Shown one piece after another: positions 43,724 to 54,171 of a stretch of 64,000 bases of DNA. Numbering within the stretch: the first letter of the stretch is position 1; the number at the start of each line of letters is the position of its first letter. This DNA is from a virus. Both the position numbers and the translations under genes were made by a program. The DNA lies in the IMG/VR virus record IMGVR_UViG_3300006931_000002, positions 1 to 64,000 of that record. One strand, 5' to 3'. The notes under the pieces were generated by a model that worked only from the letters and a program-made list of their open reading frames with translations, was not told the origin of the DNA and did no database searches.

Positions 43724-44158
43724 ATGGCACGACCCGATTTGGGCCCAGAAAGCTGGGATCCGCCATCACGCCGCGACGCCGAGAAGGTTGCCGCAGCCCT
43801 GCACAGGTGGCGTGAGCGCGAGAAGTCCTTCTCGCGCAGCGCAGAAGAAATCCTCCACATCTGGGAGTCCGCCGACCTCATCGGGAACGACCTAGACCGC
43901 TATCGCGCACGGCCGTGGGAAGTGCTCGACGACCGCGGCGGAGAGTTCTGGCCGCCACTTCCGGACGATGACCGCGCCCACTCGATCATCTGGGGTTGGT
44001 TGCGAGCGGGCCTCGACGAAGACTTCCTCAAGCGAATCATGCTGCCACTCCGTAAGTCGACGGAGATCGACGACGCAGACAAGTGGGCCCACTACACCAC
44101 CGTTGTCGAGTCCGCCCTTTCCGCCTTTCGGCAGGAAGCGGCCGGCGAGGACCGGTGA
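43724..44158 (+). CDS. Hypothetical protein
   Basis: GGAG RBS; coupled to the initiator gene. Confidence 0.65.
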   Translation: MARPDLGPESWDPPSRRDAEKVAAALHRWREREKSFSRSAEEILHIWESADLIGNDLDRYRARPWEVLDDRGGEFWPPLPDDDRAHSIIWGWLRAGLDEDFLKRIMLPLRKSTEIDDADKWAHYTTVVESALSAFRQEAAGEDR

Positions 44159-45312
44159 GCGAGTGGAAATGGGTGATCGAGCGGGCGGTGACCTGCCGCC
44201 CGAACCGCGAGGACCCGCCACTTCCCGAGCCGCTTCCCAGCACGTGTCGGCTAGTGATGCTCGCGCTGTTGTCGCTCACTGTTTCTGATGCCGTGATCCG
44301 CGAGGACCGTCAGCCGTCACTGGGCGAGCTGGCAGGCATGGTGGGGATGAGTAAGGACGCCGTCAGCAGTGCCCTGAACTACTTGGAGGGCCGGCGCCCG
44401 CGGAAGGACGAGAAGGGTCGGCAGCGATGGACCGACACGGCCGGCAGGTCGATGCCAGTTGTCGCTGGCATGGACGTGTGGATCGTGCGGCATCGGCCTG
44501 CTACGGCAAAGTCGCTCGGCGAAGGGGAGACGACCCGCTACGAGCTTCTGCACCCGTGCGCCAAGTCTCCTGCCGGCACGGTCAGTAGTCCGGGAGCCGG
44601 ACAGGGTGTAGTCTGGGAGCCGGACAGGGTTGCCGACCCGGCAGTAGCCCGGGAGCCGGACACCCCTAGTCCGATTCCCGGACAGGGTGAACGGTCCAAC
44701 ACCCCGTCCGGTTCCCCGGTGCCCCTAGTCCGGGGAACGGACACCCCTAGTCCGGGAAACGGACACATTCCTTATCCAGACTGTAAAGACCTTCTAGACC
44801 AGGACAGCGCGACTTCGCGCGCCCCCATCCCGGCAGATGATCAGAATCAAGAAGCGCAGGCCACACTGCCCTTCGGACTGGCCGCCGTCGCCGCCACGGC
44901 TCAGACGCCACCCGCGTCCAAGACGGCAGCGCCGAGGAAGAAGTCTGGATCAAGGTCCGCGAAACCCCTCAGCGAACAAGGTTTGATCGCCAAGGGCATC
45001 GTGGACGAGTGGTGGGCTCGCCAGAGTCCGCGACCGGCATCACAGAAGTTCTGGCCAATCCTGAGAATCGTTGAAGGTCATCTCAAGGCGGGATGGACGG
45101 CCGAACAGACTTCACGGGCTCTCGACGACTGCATCACCGCCGGCTTTGCGATCACCATCAACACTTTCGAGCGTGCCCTACGGCAGCCCGGCAAGGTCAT
45201 CCAGATGCCGGCTCGTAACGCGGCTGGCTACCAGCCGTACCGCGACCCCGAAGACGAGTCGATCTACAACTACAGCTCGACGCCTGCTACCCGGGAGGCG
45301 AGCGGCCAGTGA
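44155..45312 (+). CDS. Phage replication initiator (lambda O-like, N-terminal HTH)
   Basis: RLVMLALL...PSLGELAGMVGMSKDAVSSALNYLE; internal iterons; precedes loader and helicase. Confidence 0.75.
   Translation: MSEWKWVIERAVTCRPNREDPPLPEPLPSTCRLVMLALLSLTVSDAVIREDRQPSLGELAGMVGMSKDAVSSALNYLEGRRPRKDEKGRQRWTDTAGRSMPVVAGMDVWIVRHRPATAKSLGEGETTRYELLHPCAKSPAGTVSSPGAGQGVVWEPDRVADPAVAREPDTPSPIPGQGERSNTPSGSPVPLVRGTDTPSPGNGHIPYPDCKDLLDQDSATSRAPIPADDQNQEAQATLPFGLAAVAATAQTPPASKTAAPRKKSGSRSAKPLSEQGLIAKGIVDEWWARQSPRPASQKFWPILRIVEGHLKAGWTAEQTSRALDDCITAGFAITINTFERALRQPGKVIQMPARNAAGYQPYRDPEDESIYNYSSTPATREASGQ
44586..44800 (+). repeat. Six 18-bp iterons TAGTCCG-N5-CGGACA plus an AT-richer tract (probable origin)
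   Basis: Copies at 44586, 44609, 44645, 44667, 44726 and 44748. Confidence 0.8.
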
Positions 45313-45983
45313 ACACCTCCGACGCTCTCACCGCGGCCCTTGGTGCCCTGCCTGCTGGCATCACCGTCCCGGACGTCGCCGACTCGGCGCGGCTCGTCGA
45401 CCCGGCCGAGATCCGCGCCGACCAGATCGCCGAACGCCTCTCCGAACTGATCCCGCCGCTGTGGACGGACGCCACAGCCAGCCACCCAGACATTGCCGCA
45501 TGGGCCGATCGTGTGGCCGCCGGTGACACCTGCTCGCTGCTGCTCGTCGGGCTCGTGGGTCGCGGTAAGAGCCACCAGGCGTATGGAGCGCTTCGCCGAA
45601 TCGTGGAGCGGTCATGGCCCCGCTCCTTGTCGATCGTCGCCGGCCCAGCGCCGGATCTTCTCGACGATGCCCGCCCGTCTCCGGGTGTAGATGGCCGCGA
45701 GGTGATCCGCCGCTACCGGGAAGCCGACGTTCTGATGTTGGACGACGTCGGCGCCGAGAAGGGCTCCGACTGGGTTGGCGAACAACTCTACCGGATCTTG
45801 GACTACCGGTATCGCTACCTGCGGCCCACGCTCGTCGTGTCGAACCTTCCCCCGGAGGCACCCCGGGAAGCGAACATCCACACGCTGGCGGCTCATCTCG
45901 GCGACCGGCTGTTCTCGCGGCTCTGCCAGATGTGTCAGACGGTCGTCATCACCGGCCCAGACCGCCGCCGGGCGGCCCGGTGA
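45309..45983 (+). CDS. DnaC/IstB-like AAA+ helicase loader
   Basis: GLVGRGKS, LMLDDVGAEK, LYRILDYRY, DRLFSRL, GPDRR. Confidence 0.9.
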   Translation: MNTSDALTAALGALPAGITVPDVADSARLVDPAEIRADQIAERLSELIPPLWTDATASHPDIAAWADRVAAGDTCSLLLVGLVGRGKSHQAYGALRRIVERSWPRSLSIVAGPAPDLLDDARPSPGVDGREVIRRYREADVLMLDDVGAEKGSDWVGEQLYRILDYRYRYLRPTLVVSNLPPEAPREANIHTLAAHLGDRLFSRLCQMCQTVVITGPDRRRAAR

Positions 45984-47299
45984 CTGACACGCTGCCGCAC
46001 GACATTCCCGCGGAACAGGCCCTACTCGGCGGCATGCTGGCGTTCCCTGCTGCGATGGCTGATGCGGTTGAGCTGGTCAAGGGCGAGCACTTCTACCGGC
46101 CGGCACACCAGACCGTGTTCGACGTCCTCGTCGACATGTTCACCGAAGGGCAGCCGACCGGCACAGTTGCCGCCGCCGCTGAACTGGCCACCCGGGATTT
46201 GCTCGGCAAGGTCGGCGGCCATGACTACCTCCACACCTTGGAAGCATCGGCAACGACCGCGGCGAACACCACGCACTTCGCGCGAATCGTCGTCGACCGG
46301 GCAACCCGTCGACGCCTCGCCGAGGCCGGTGTCGCCGTCCAACAACTCGCCCTCGGCCCCGGCGCGGACGCCGACGAACTAGTCGACCGCGCGCAGACGG
46401 CCGTCTTCGCCGTCTCAGAAAGCCGTCAGGACGAGACAGCCCGGACGGTGGGGGATCTGCTTCCTGACACGCTGGCGGCGCTGGAAACGCCGCTTGACGG
46501 GCCGCAGGGTGTCATGACGGGCATCGCCGACTTGGACGAGGCCACGCAGGGTCTGCGCCCCGGGCAGGTCTGGGTGATCGGCGCGCGGCCGTCGGTCGGG
46601 AAGTCAACACTGGCACTCGGCATCGCTGCGCATGCGGCCATCCGCCAGAAGATCCCCACCGTCTACTTCTCGCTGGAGATGCCCGCCGCGGACCTCATGC
46701 AACGCCTACTGGCAGCCGAGGCCGGCGTGTCGCTGACTGCTTTGCAGAAGCACACCCTGTCAGAAGCCGACTGGGATCGGGTCGCCCACCGGATCGGCCC
46801 CATCACCCAGGCGCCGCTTGTCATCGACGATGCGAGCGCGGTCACGGTCGCCGAGATTCGGGCGAAGGCCCGGCGGATGTGCCAGCGCGACGGGCTCGGT
46901 CTGCTGGTCCTCGACTACCTCCAACTGGTCACGCCCGATGGCAGGTCGGAGAACCGGCAGCAGGCGGTAGCGGCGATGTCGATCGCCATGAGGACTCTGG
47001 CGAAGGATCTCGGCATCGTCGTGGTCGAGGTGGTCCAGTTGAACCGGGCCGTCGAGGGTCGTGCTGAGCGTCACCCGCAGTCGTCGGACATCCGGGAGAC
47101 GGGGCAGATCGAACAGGATGCCTACGGGATTGTGCTGCTGCATCGCGAGGACATGCACAATTCGATGTCGCCGCGGGCCGGGGAAATCGACCTGATCGTC
47201 GACAAGAACCGTGGCGGTGTCCGGGGAACCGTGTCGGCGGTCTATCAGGGTCACTATGCGCGGATTGTTGGAATGGCCCCCGATTGGGCGGATGGTTAG
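45980..47299 (+). CDS. dnaB: Replicative DNA helicase
   Basis: PHDIPAEQALLG, GARPSVGKST, FSLEM, LDYLQL, QLNR, IEQDA. Confidence 0.95.
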   Translation: MTDTLPHDIPAEQALLGGMLAFPAAMADAVELVKGEHFYRPAHQTVFDVLVDMFTEGQPTGTVAAAAELATRDLLGKVGGHDYLHTLEASATTAANTTHFARIVVDRATRRRLAEAGVAVQQLALGPGADADELVDRAQTAVFAVSESRQDETARTVGDLLPDTLAALETPLDGPQGVMTGIADLDEATQGLRPGQVWVIGARPSVGKSTLALGIAAHAAIRQKIPTVYFSLEMPAADLMQRLLAAEAGVSLTALQKHTLSEADWDRVAHRIGPITQAPLVIDDASAVTVAEIRAKARRMCQRDGLGLLVLDYLQLVTPDGRSENRQQAVAAMSIAMRTLAKDLGIVVVEVVQLNRAVEGRAERHPQSSDIRETGQIEQDAYGIVLLHREDMHNSMSPRAGEIDLIVDKNRGGVRGTVSAVYQGHYARIVGMAPDWADG

Positions 47300-47313
47300 A
47301 TATGATAGGGACT

Positions 47314-48960
47314 ATGGGGGCCACGCTTTTCGGGTCCGAAGGCTGGGGTGAGTCGTCCAGCCTCCTGGCGCTGAGGGACTACCAAGAGGCGGCGATCGAC
47401 GCCGTCACGTCCACATGGGATCGGGGCGTGCTGCGGCCCGCGGTTGTGCTTGCCACCGGTGGAGGCAAGACCGTAATTTTCTCCCATCTGACGGCACGGC
47501 AGCCGGAGCGGACGCTTATCCTTGCGCACCGCCAGGAGTTGGTGTTCCAAGCCGCAGGGAAGCTCTCCGATGTCGCGCCGCATATGCATGTGGGCGTGGA
47601 GATGGCGGAGAGTAGCGCCCACGGCGCCCATGCTGTTGTGGCCTCGGTGCAGACGTTGGCGTCGGAGAAGCGCCGTGCGGCATGGTCGCGGAACGCCTTC
47701 GGCCAGGTGATTGTCGACGAAGCGCACCATGCCGTGGCGCCGACGTATCGGCAGGTGCTCGACTACTTCGGTTGCTTTGACCGCACTCGGGCGGTGGGGT
47801 TCACGGCGACGCTGGCGCGTGGTGATGGCGCCGGGCTTGGCGAGGTGTGGCAGGAGGTTGCCTTCGAGCGCGGCATCGAACCGATGATCGCCGATGGCTG
47901 GCTTGTCCGGCCATGCGGCAAGGTGATTCCGCTCGAAGGTCTCGATTTCTCGAAGGTCACACAGTCCCGCGGGGATCTGGCAGCTGGTTCGCTCGGCGAC
48001 CATCTGATGGAGATCGGGTTTGCGGAGCATGTAGCAGCGGCTTACCGGGAGCACGGTGGCGAGCGGCAGGGCATCGTCTTTACTCCGACCGTTGCGACTG
48101 CGCAGGCGGCGGCTGGCGCGCTGAACGCGGCTGGCGTCACCGCCGAGGCGGTGTGGGGCGAGATGGACCCGGATGACCGGCGTCGGGTCATCGCCAAGTT
48201 CAAGGCGGGAGACCTCCAGACTCTGGTCAATTGCATGATCTTGACCGAGGGCTTCGACGCGCCGCAGGCGTCATGCTTGGTAGTGGCCCGGCCAACCAAG
48301 TCTGCGCCGCTCTACCAGCAGATGCTGGGAAGGGTCCTTCGCCCGTCTCCGGGTAAGACTGATGCGCTGGTCCTTGACATCGTTGGCATCTCGAAGAACA
48401 TCAAGATTCGCACGCTCAAGGACCTGTCGTTGCGCCCGGCGAAGAAGTTTGGGGAAGTCGGCGAACGGGGCGAAGGTGGCGGCGCGGAGGCCGAAGACGT
48501 CGAGACGCTGACCCATGGCGTTGTCGAGGAAGTCTCGCTGTTCGAGGAATCGAACCGGCTCTGGCTGCGGACGAAGGGCGGCCACTGGTTCATCCCTGCC
48601 GGCGGCGGGTTCGTCTTCCTGCGCCCGTGGCCGAACGGGGCGGGCTATTCGGTGGGCTGGTTCGGCCGGTACGACGACCAGCCGAAGCTGATCCAGAAGG
48701 TGACCGACTTGGGCTATGCGATGGCCCGCGGCGAGTCGGCGGCCGAGGAAGCGGACCGCATGTCGGGTCAGTTCCGGTCGTCGATGCGGGATGCCCGGTG
48801 GCGGGGCGAGTTGGCGCCGTCGAACAGGCAGTTGGAGACGGCGGCGAAGATGCGGATCAAGGTTCCGCGCGGCGCGACGGCGGGTCAGGTCTCGGATCTG
48901 ATCACGGTGAAGCTCGCTTCGTCGCGGGTGGATGGCTATTTCAGAACGCGCGCGGCGTGA
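47314..48960 (+). CDS. SF2 DEAH-box helicase
   Basis: LRDYQ, ATGGGKT, VDEAHH, TAT, LTEGFD, QMLGRVLR. Confidence 0.92.
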   Translation: MGATLFGSEGWGESSSLLALRDYQEAAIDAVTSTWDRGVLRPAVVLATGGGKTVIFSHLTARQPERTLILAHRQELVFQAAGKLSDVAPHMHVGVEMAESSAHGAHAVVASVQTLASEKRRAAWSRNAFGQVIVDEAHHAVAPTYRQVLDYFGCFDRTRAVGFTATLARGDGAGLGEVWQEVAFERGIEPMIADGWLVRPCGKVIPLEGLDFSKVTQSRGDLAAGSLGDHLMEIGFAEHVAAAYREHGGERQGIVFTPTVATAQAAAGALNAAGVTAEAVWGEMDPDDRRRVIAKFKAGDLQTLVNCMILTEGFDAPQASCLVVARPTKSAPLYQQMLGRVLRPSPGKTDALVLDIVGISKNIKIRTLKDLSLRPAKKFGEVGERGEGGGAEAEDVETLTHGVVEEVSLFEESNRLWLRTKGGHWFIPAGGGFVFLRPWPNGAGYSVGWFGRYDDQPKLIQKVTDLGYAMARGESAAEEADRMSGQFRSSMRDARWRGELAPSNRQLETAAKMRIKVPRGATAGQVSDLITVKLASSRVDGYFRTRAA

Positions 48961-49003
48961 GTTCTGCGTCGGCCAGACGAGTAGACGAGAAGGGTAGTGG
49001 ACG

Positions 49004-49531
49004 ATGGCCGGAGAAACGAGCATCACTGTGGTTGGCACGCTAACCGCCGATCCGGAGGTTCGGTTTCTGCCGAACGGAAACGCGGTGTGCAACTTCACGA
49101 TCGCGTCGAACGCGCGGACGTTCGACCGACAGGCGAACCAGTGGAAGGACGAGCCTCCGCTGTTCCTTCGCTGCTCGGTATGGCGTGACCTTGCCGAACA
49201 CTGCGCGGAGAGCTTGGCCAAGGGCGTTCGTGTGATCGCGCAGGGGAATTTGAAGATGCGCCCGTACGAGAAGGACGGGCAGAAGCGGTCGTCGACCGAG
49301 TTGGATGTGCAGGCGATCGGTCCTGAGCTTCGGTTTGCGACGGCGCGGGTACAGAAGGCGGACCGTGGCGGTCCGGGGCAGAACTCGGGCTACGACGGGC
49401 AGGCGCCGCAGCAGGGTTATGGCCAGCAGTCGCAGCGTCCGGCGCAGGGCTACGGCCAGCAGGGTCCGGCACCCGCGGACGACCCGTGGTCGCAGCCTGC
49501 GGGCGGCTATTCTGATCAGCCTCCCTTCTAG
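49004..49531 (+). CDS. ssb: Single-stranded DNA-binding protein
   Basis: [29 protein letters not shown]-terminal DQPPF. Confidence 0.97.
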   Translation: MAGETSITVVGTLTADPEVRFLPNGNAVCNFTIASNARTFDRQANQWKDEPPLFLRCSVWRDLAEHCAESLAKGVRVIAQGNLKMRPYEKDGQKRSSTELDVQAIGPELRFATARVQKADRGGPGQNSGYDGQAPQQGYGQQSQRPAQGYGQQGPAPADDPWSQPAGGYSDQPPF

Positions 49532-49539
49532 GTCAGCCC

Positions 49540-49866
49540 ATGGCCGAGAACATCGAAATCCCCATCTACCATCGGGGCGAGTGGTCTGGATCTACAACGA
49601 TCACCAGCCTCGGCTTCCGTAGCGGAGCGGAGACACCCCACTCGCTCGACTGGGATCTGGTCCTGTTTTTGGACAGCGAGCACAATGGAATGTGCCTGTC
49701 GATTTACGGTCGAAGCGGCTCCCCGGAGTACGTCATCACCCTTGGCGACTCCGGGGAGCGTGCGAACGAAAGTGCGACACCTGTTGCAGCAGGTGTGGAT
49801 ATGGCCGACGCGCTTGACCTGATCGTCCGGTGGGCGCCAGCCGTTCCCCCGGGTGGGAGGTCATGA
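49540..49866 (+). CDS. Hypothetical protein
   Basis: Rightward operon. Confidence 0.55.
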   Translation: MAENIEIPIYHRGEWSGSTTITSLGFRSGAETPHSLDWDLVLFLDSEHNGMCLSIYGRSGSPEYVITLGDSGERANESATPVAAGVDMADALDLIVRWAPAVPPGGRS

Positions 49867-50306
49867 TGGCTGGGGTCACGCCACGCATCTGCCTAGACTG
49901 TGGCGTGGACAAGCCGTACGACGAATTCTGGATCGCGCACCCATTGCCAGGCGGACCGGAGTTTTGGGAACGGTGCCGTGACTGCCGCCAAAAGGTGTGG
50001 TTCGCGTCCAGTTTGGCCTATGTACTCGCACACCGCTGCCCGGCCTGCCATGCCGAGCCCGGCAACGACTGCCACTCGCCAGGCAAGCGGGCGAGGCAAC
50101 GCAGACTGGCGGAACTGCTTGCCCACGCGGGTCGTGAGTTTCACGAAGACCCGGACGTGGTCCGGATGGGCCTACAGCACGCGAGCCGGCAAAGCGCGGG
50201 AGGCAGACACCACAATCGCGACGTGATGGCCGCCCCGTGGCCGGAGCAGCGCGACCCGGACCGGTGCTACAGCACGATTGATCTGGCGATTGGTGATGCC
50301 CGGTGA
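49863..50306 (+). CDS. Zinc-finger hypothetical protein
   Basis: CLDCGVDK, CRDC, CPACHAEPGNDC. Confidence 0.6.
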   Translation: MMAGVTPRICLDCGVDKPYDEFWIAHPLPGGPEFWERCRDCRQKVWFASSLAYVLAHRCPACHAEPGNDCHSPGKRARQRRLAELLAHAGREFHEDPDVVRMGLQHASRQSAGGRHHNRDVMAAPWPEQRDPDRCYSTIDLAIGDAR

Positions 50307-50526
50307 GAACTCCCGAGCCTTTCAGGCGAGAGCACTACTGCCCGATGACTGAGGTTGCTCCGCCTAGGGAACTTCGGTTGCGGCATCACGAGCACTGTGC
50401 CGTGTTTACCGCTCCGACCGGGCTGAAGATCACTGTTATTGCCGAAGGCGGCTCCGGCTCCGGCAAGTCGGTGACTCTCGGCGCGATCACCGACCTGCTG
50501 ACCTCACTCCCAGAAGGTTTCTTCCT

Positions 50527-50796
50527 ATGACCGTCGAACCCGAACGCGCGTCGGAGCGGAGCGCACCGATCTCCAGCGGCCTACGCGACATCCTCGCCGC
50601 GTCAGTAGGCCAGAAGATTCCCGGCGGTTGCGAAACCTGCGACGCCTACCAGCGGATGGAAGGCGTCGACGGAGTATGGCTCCTCCGCGTCTACCACGAC
50701 GACTGGTGCTCGGAGCTTGCCCGGCGCGAGTCGTCTACCTGTGCAGGGAACCGCTCGGGTGACCCGCGTAAGCGCCACCCGAAGGGCCCCCGATGA
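50527..50796 (+). CDS. Hypothetical protein
   Basis: IPGGCETCDAYQ...HDDWC. Confidence 0.65.
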   Translation: MTVEPERASERSAPISSGLRDILAASVGQKIPGGCETCDAYQRMEGVDGVWLLRVYHDDWCSELARRESSTCAGNRSGDPRKRHPKGPR

Positions 50797-51290
50797 CCTG
50801 GCATGGGGTGGAGCCGCCCCGTCCGGGCGAGCGCCGGACCATTCACCACGGGGCGATCCGAGTAGACGGGCTACCCCGGAAGTACACGGGTCACGATCGC
50901 ATCGTGTCTCACGGCTACGTGGCCAGCGTCTCCGCAGTCGGCGGCGACATCTGCATGTTCTTCAACGACCTCGAAACCGCCCTCGTGTTCGGACGCGCTG
51001 CCCGCATGTCGCCTGACTGTTCAGCGGGGTACGGGGTCTATCGGGGCGCGCGGGAACAGCGCGACTCGTACGGGCGTCCGCCGATCGACGTCCTCTACGT
51101 CACTGGTCCGAGCCTCGATCGTGAACCCGGCGAGCGGGAGCACTTGCAACGCTGGGTTGACGGCGTTACGCCGATCAGCTCGCATTGGCACCACCCGGAC
51201 TGCATCGCTCACAAGGTCGATCCCTCGATCGCCAAGGGCGTCCCCTGCACATGCGAGAAGGTCCGCCGCCGCGCGGCTGGTGTCCGATGA
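50793..51290 (+). CDS. Hypothetical protein
   Basis: ATGA overlaps. Confidence 0.6.
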   Translation: MTWHGVEPPRPGERRTIHHGAIRVDGLPRKYTGHDRIVSHGYVASVSAVGGDICMFFNDLETALVFGRAARMSPDCSAGYGVYRGAREQRDSYGRPPIDVLYVTGPSLDREPGEREHLQRWVDGVTPISSHWHHPDCIAHKVDPSIAKGVPCTCEKVRRRAAGVR

Positions 51291-51652
51291 ACGACTGCGC
51301 GCCATGCGCTCGGGGCAAGCGTCCCGCTTTCCACTGCGGCGCGTGTGGGCGGCATATCGCCATCGGAAGCTCCCACTGGCTGCTGTTTGCCGACGAGTCC
51401 AGGGAGCCGTACGGCCATGTTCGGGGCGGTAGCGGTGGGAGTGCCCAGCGGCATGCCGCCGAGATGGCTTCCCATCTCACCACACAGGACGTCATCTGCG
51501 CCCACTGCACGATCGACACAAGGTCGTTGCACGCCAAGTACTACCCCGGCTGCGATGTCAGGTGGCATGACCTGCACGACCACCGCATGTCTTCGGCGAC
51601 CCACGCCGCGGCGGTGCGCATTCTCCGCGCTGCAAGGGTGGCGGCTCGGTGA
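51287..51652 (+). CDS. Cys/His-rich hypothetical protein
   Basis: CAPC, CGACG, CAHC. Confidence 0.55.
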   Translation: MNDCAPCARGKRPAFHCGACGRHIAIGSSHWLLFADESREPYGHVRGGSGGSAQRHAAEMASHLTTQDVICAHCTIDTRSLHAKYYPGCDVRWHDLHDHRMSSATHAAAVRILRAARVAAR

Positions 51653-51674
51653 ACCACTCCCGAAAGGATCAGCG

Positions 51675-52583
51675 TTGAGTACGGCCAATGCAACCCAACC
51701 CCTCTTCCCCGTCAACGGGGACATCACCCTCAGCCCGGTTCCCCAGGTCCACATCGTCGACGTCACCCCGGCGATGGCGGCCGAGTGGCTGACGAACCGT
51801 AACAACCACAACCGGAAAATGTCCGCGAGCCGGGTCGCAACCTACATCGCCGAGATGCGGCGCGGCGACTGGCAGTACAACGGCGATCCGATCCGCTTCG
51901 ACATCAACGGAACTCTCCTTGACGGCCAGCACCGGCTGTCCGCAGTAGTCGGTGCTGCGGTCACCGCCCGGTTCGTGCTCGCGACCGGCCTGCCGACCGA
52001 GTCCCAGGACACGATGGACCAGGGCGGCAAGCGCAACGTGAACAACATGCTCGACCTGCGGGGCGTTGCAAACCCGAACCATGTCGCAGCAGTCGGCCAG
52101 ATGTGCTGGGGCTACGCGAACGACCGGCTATCTGGTGCCGCAACGTGGAAACGCGGCACACCCGCGCAGGTGCTCCCGTTCATCGAGGAGCATTTGGAGT
52201 CGTTGCGGGCGGCGGTCGGACAGTCACGGTCACTCCGGAGGATGGTCACAACGAGCCTGGCGGCGGCGGGTACCGCCTACTGGGTATTTGCCCGGGCCGA
52301 TGCGGACGCTGCGCGAGAATTCTGGAGTCCTCTGCTCGATGGGGTTGGGCTGGCCGAGTCGTCGCCGATTCTGCTGCTACGTTCGCGGCTGATCCGGGAG
52401 GCGGGCGCGTCCCGCAAGCTCCCCGCTAGAGATCTTCTCGCCGTGTACATCAAGGCGTGGAACGCTTGGTTGGCGGACCAGACGATTTCACTGCTGGTGT
52501 GGAAGGACAGTCAGCCTTTCCCGAAGGCGATGACTCCGGCAGCAGCTGCCGCACTCGCTGCCGCCTTGAACGAGGACAACTAA
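51675..52583 (+). CDS. ParB-like (DGQHR) domain protein
   Basis: VTPAMAAEWL, NR, GDWQYNGDPIRF, LLDGQHRL, DTMDQGGKR. Confidence 0.8.
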   Translation: MSTANATQPLFPVNGDITLSPVPQVHIVDVTPAMAAEWLTNRNNHNRKMSASRVATYIAEMRRGDWQYNGDPIRFDINGTLLDGQHRLSAVVGAAVTARFVLATGLPTESQDTMDQGGKRNVNNMLDLRGVANPNHVAAVGQMCWGYANDRLSGAATWKRGTPAQVLPFIEEHLESLRAAVGQSRSLRRMVTTSLAAAGTAYWVFARADADAAREFWSPLLDGVGLAESSPILLLRSRLIREAGASRKLPARDLLAVYIKAWNAWLADQTISLLVWKDSQPFPKAMTPAAAAALAAALNEDN

Positions 52584-52612
52584 GTCAAGGTAGGAGAGAA
52601 AAGGAGACCCCC

Positions 52613-53062
52613 ATGACTGATCACCCTGACGTGACCCGCTCTGCGGAACTGCTCCGCATGAAGGCCGGCCTCGTCGCCACTCTGATCGGTGAGATCGGCG
52701 ACCTGGCCGGCACGATCAGCGAAGCGTCCCGCACGCCGGCCTCCGAGGACCCGGTGTTGGACGACCGGATCGGCCACCTTGTTGCCGGTCTGCGGAAGCT
52801 GAACGCCGAGCGGGCGAAGCAGATCATCGACTCGGTGCTCCGTGACATCGACATCACGGGGACCGTTGACATTGCCCGCCAGGCGAAGGTCGAGATGCAG
52901 TCGTCCGGTTCGAAGGTGAACCAGACGACGTTGACCGATGAGCTTCGCCGCCGCGGGGTCGAGTTGGGGAACTACAAGGCCGGCGTGTTGTGGGATGCGG
53001 TCAAGGCCGACCCGGTGCCGTCGTTGAACGGCCGCCGCCCGCTGTCGGCGCTACCGCTCTGA
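52613..53062 (+). CDS. Hypothetical protein
   Basis: AAGGAG RBS. Confidence 0.6.
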   Translation: MTDHPDVTRSAELLRMKAGLVATLIGEIGDLAGTISEASRTPASEDPVLDDRIGHLVAGLRKLNAERAKQIIDSVLRDIDITGTVDIARQAKVEMQSSGSKVNQTTLTDELRRRGVELGNYKAGVLWDAVKADPVPSLNGRRPLSALPL

Positions 53063-53532
53063 TGACCGCCAAGGAAGCTCCGGACTACTTCGCCATTCCG
53101 GACCCGCTCGACGAGTCGAAGGTGTCCTACTGGTATCGGCCGAAGAACAGTGCCACGTTGAAGCCGTGGCCGCCGCGCCGCTCGAAGTGGGGGGTGCTCT
53201 GGTCGAAGGATGTTCCGTCCGATCTGCGGAAGGGCACGCCGGAGCGTCGGGCGTTTGTCAACGCCCACTACGCCCGGGTGGCGGCAGCGCGGCGGACGGC
53301 GAATGAGGTCATCCGTGCCGATCCCGCGCGGGCTGCTGCCCGATTCGCCGGGCTGGCCATTCGCTGCGCCTTCTGCGGCAAAGCGTTGACCGACGAACGG
53401 AGCAAGACATATGGCGTCGGACCCGAGTGTCGCAGTGGCACGCCGCGTGAAGTGGTCGACGCGATTGCCGAGCTGGTGCGCGAGGTCTACGGCGAGGGTC
53501 TGACCCGCAACAGTTCGGAGGTGGCATGCTGA
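53062..53532 (+). CDS. DUF6011-like zinc-finger protein
   Basis: CAFCGKALTDERSKTYGVGPEC. Confidence 0.8.
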   Translation: MTAKEAPDYFAIPDPLDESKVSYWYRPKNSATLKPWPPRRSKWGVLWSKDVPSDLRKGTPERRAFVNAHYARVAAARRTANEVIRADPARAAARFAGLAIRCAFCGKALTDERSKTYGVGPECRSGTPREVVDAIAELVREVYGEGLTRNSSEVAC

Positions 53533-54125
53533 TGGCTGAGGTCGCGCGATCGGATGCGGCCGAGTTTTACGGCAACGGCAACCCGAAGACTGACGCAGAT
53601 GGCAACAGGCTCTGTCCCCATGGCGCCGGCGCAGATCCGGAGCGCTTCCGTTCATCAACATGTAACGACTGCCAGATCGCGGAGGAAACCCGGAAGAAGT
53701 GGCAGCGCGAGCACGGCGACCCCCGCGAGCGCCGCCGTCGTACAGCCGATGCAAAAGCTAGGGCCAGAGCCGAGGGCACTGTCTACATCGCAGAGAACGT
53801 GACACACGGATCTGTGAGCTCCGCGAGGTTTGGATGCGAATGCGAACCCTGCGCGAAGCTCCGGACATACATCAAGAGGTTCCGAAGAAAGGGACTCACG
53901 GCGTCAATGGCGGCAGCCGAATGGCGGCGTGCTGAGGCCGCGCTGGCTTTGGCTCAGCGCGAGTACCAGCGAACGAGGACTGAAACTGCCGCCCGCATGG
54001 TGGCGAACCGCTTGGCGGAACTTCGGGCACTCGACTTTCTGATGCGTCAAGCGCCCGGGGCATCAGGGTCGATGCACTCCGGCCGGGGATCGGTTCGCAA
54101 TCCAATCAAGGGGAAGGTCCTGTGA
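53532..54125 (+). CDS. Hypothetical zinc-binding protein
   Basis: THGSVS...GCECEPC. Confidence 0.6.
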   Translation: MAEVARSDAAEFYGNGNPKTDADGNRLCPHGAGADPERFRSSTCNDCQIAEETRKKWQREHGDPRERRRRTADAKARARAEGTVYIAENVTHGSVSSARFGCECEPCAKLRTYIKRFRRKGLTASMAAAEWRRAEAALALAQREYQRTRTETAARMVANRLAELRALDFLMRQAPGASGSMHSGRGSVRNPIKGKVL

Positions 54126-54171
54126 AGGGTCCTGAGGACAAGCCGCTCAAGCTCACGGAGAAGGTGTACTC

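Noticed and set aside
50303-50530. Walker A-like GGSGSGKS as an ATPase
   Set aside because: The ORF is only 75 aa with no Walker B; at most a remnant
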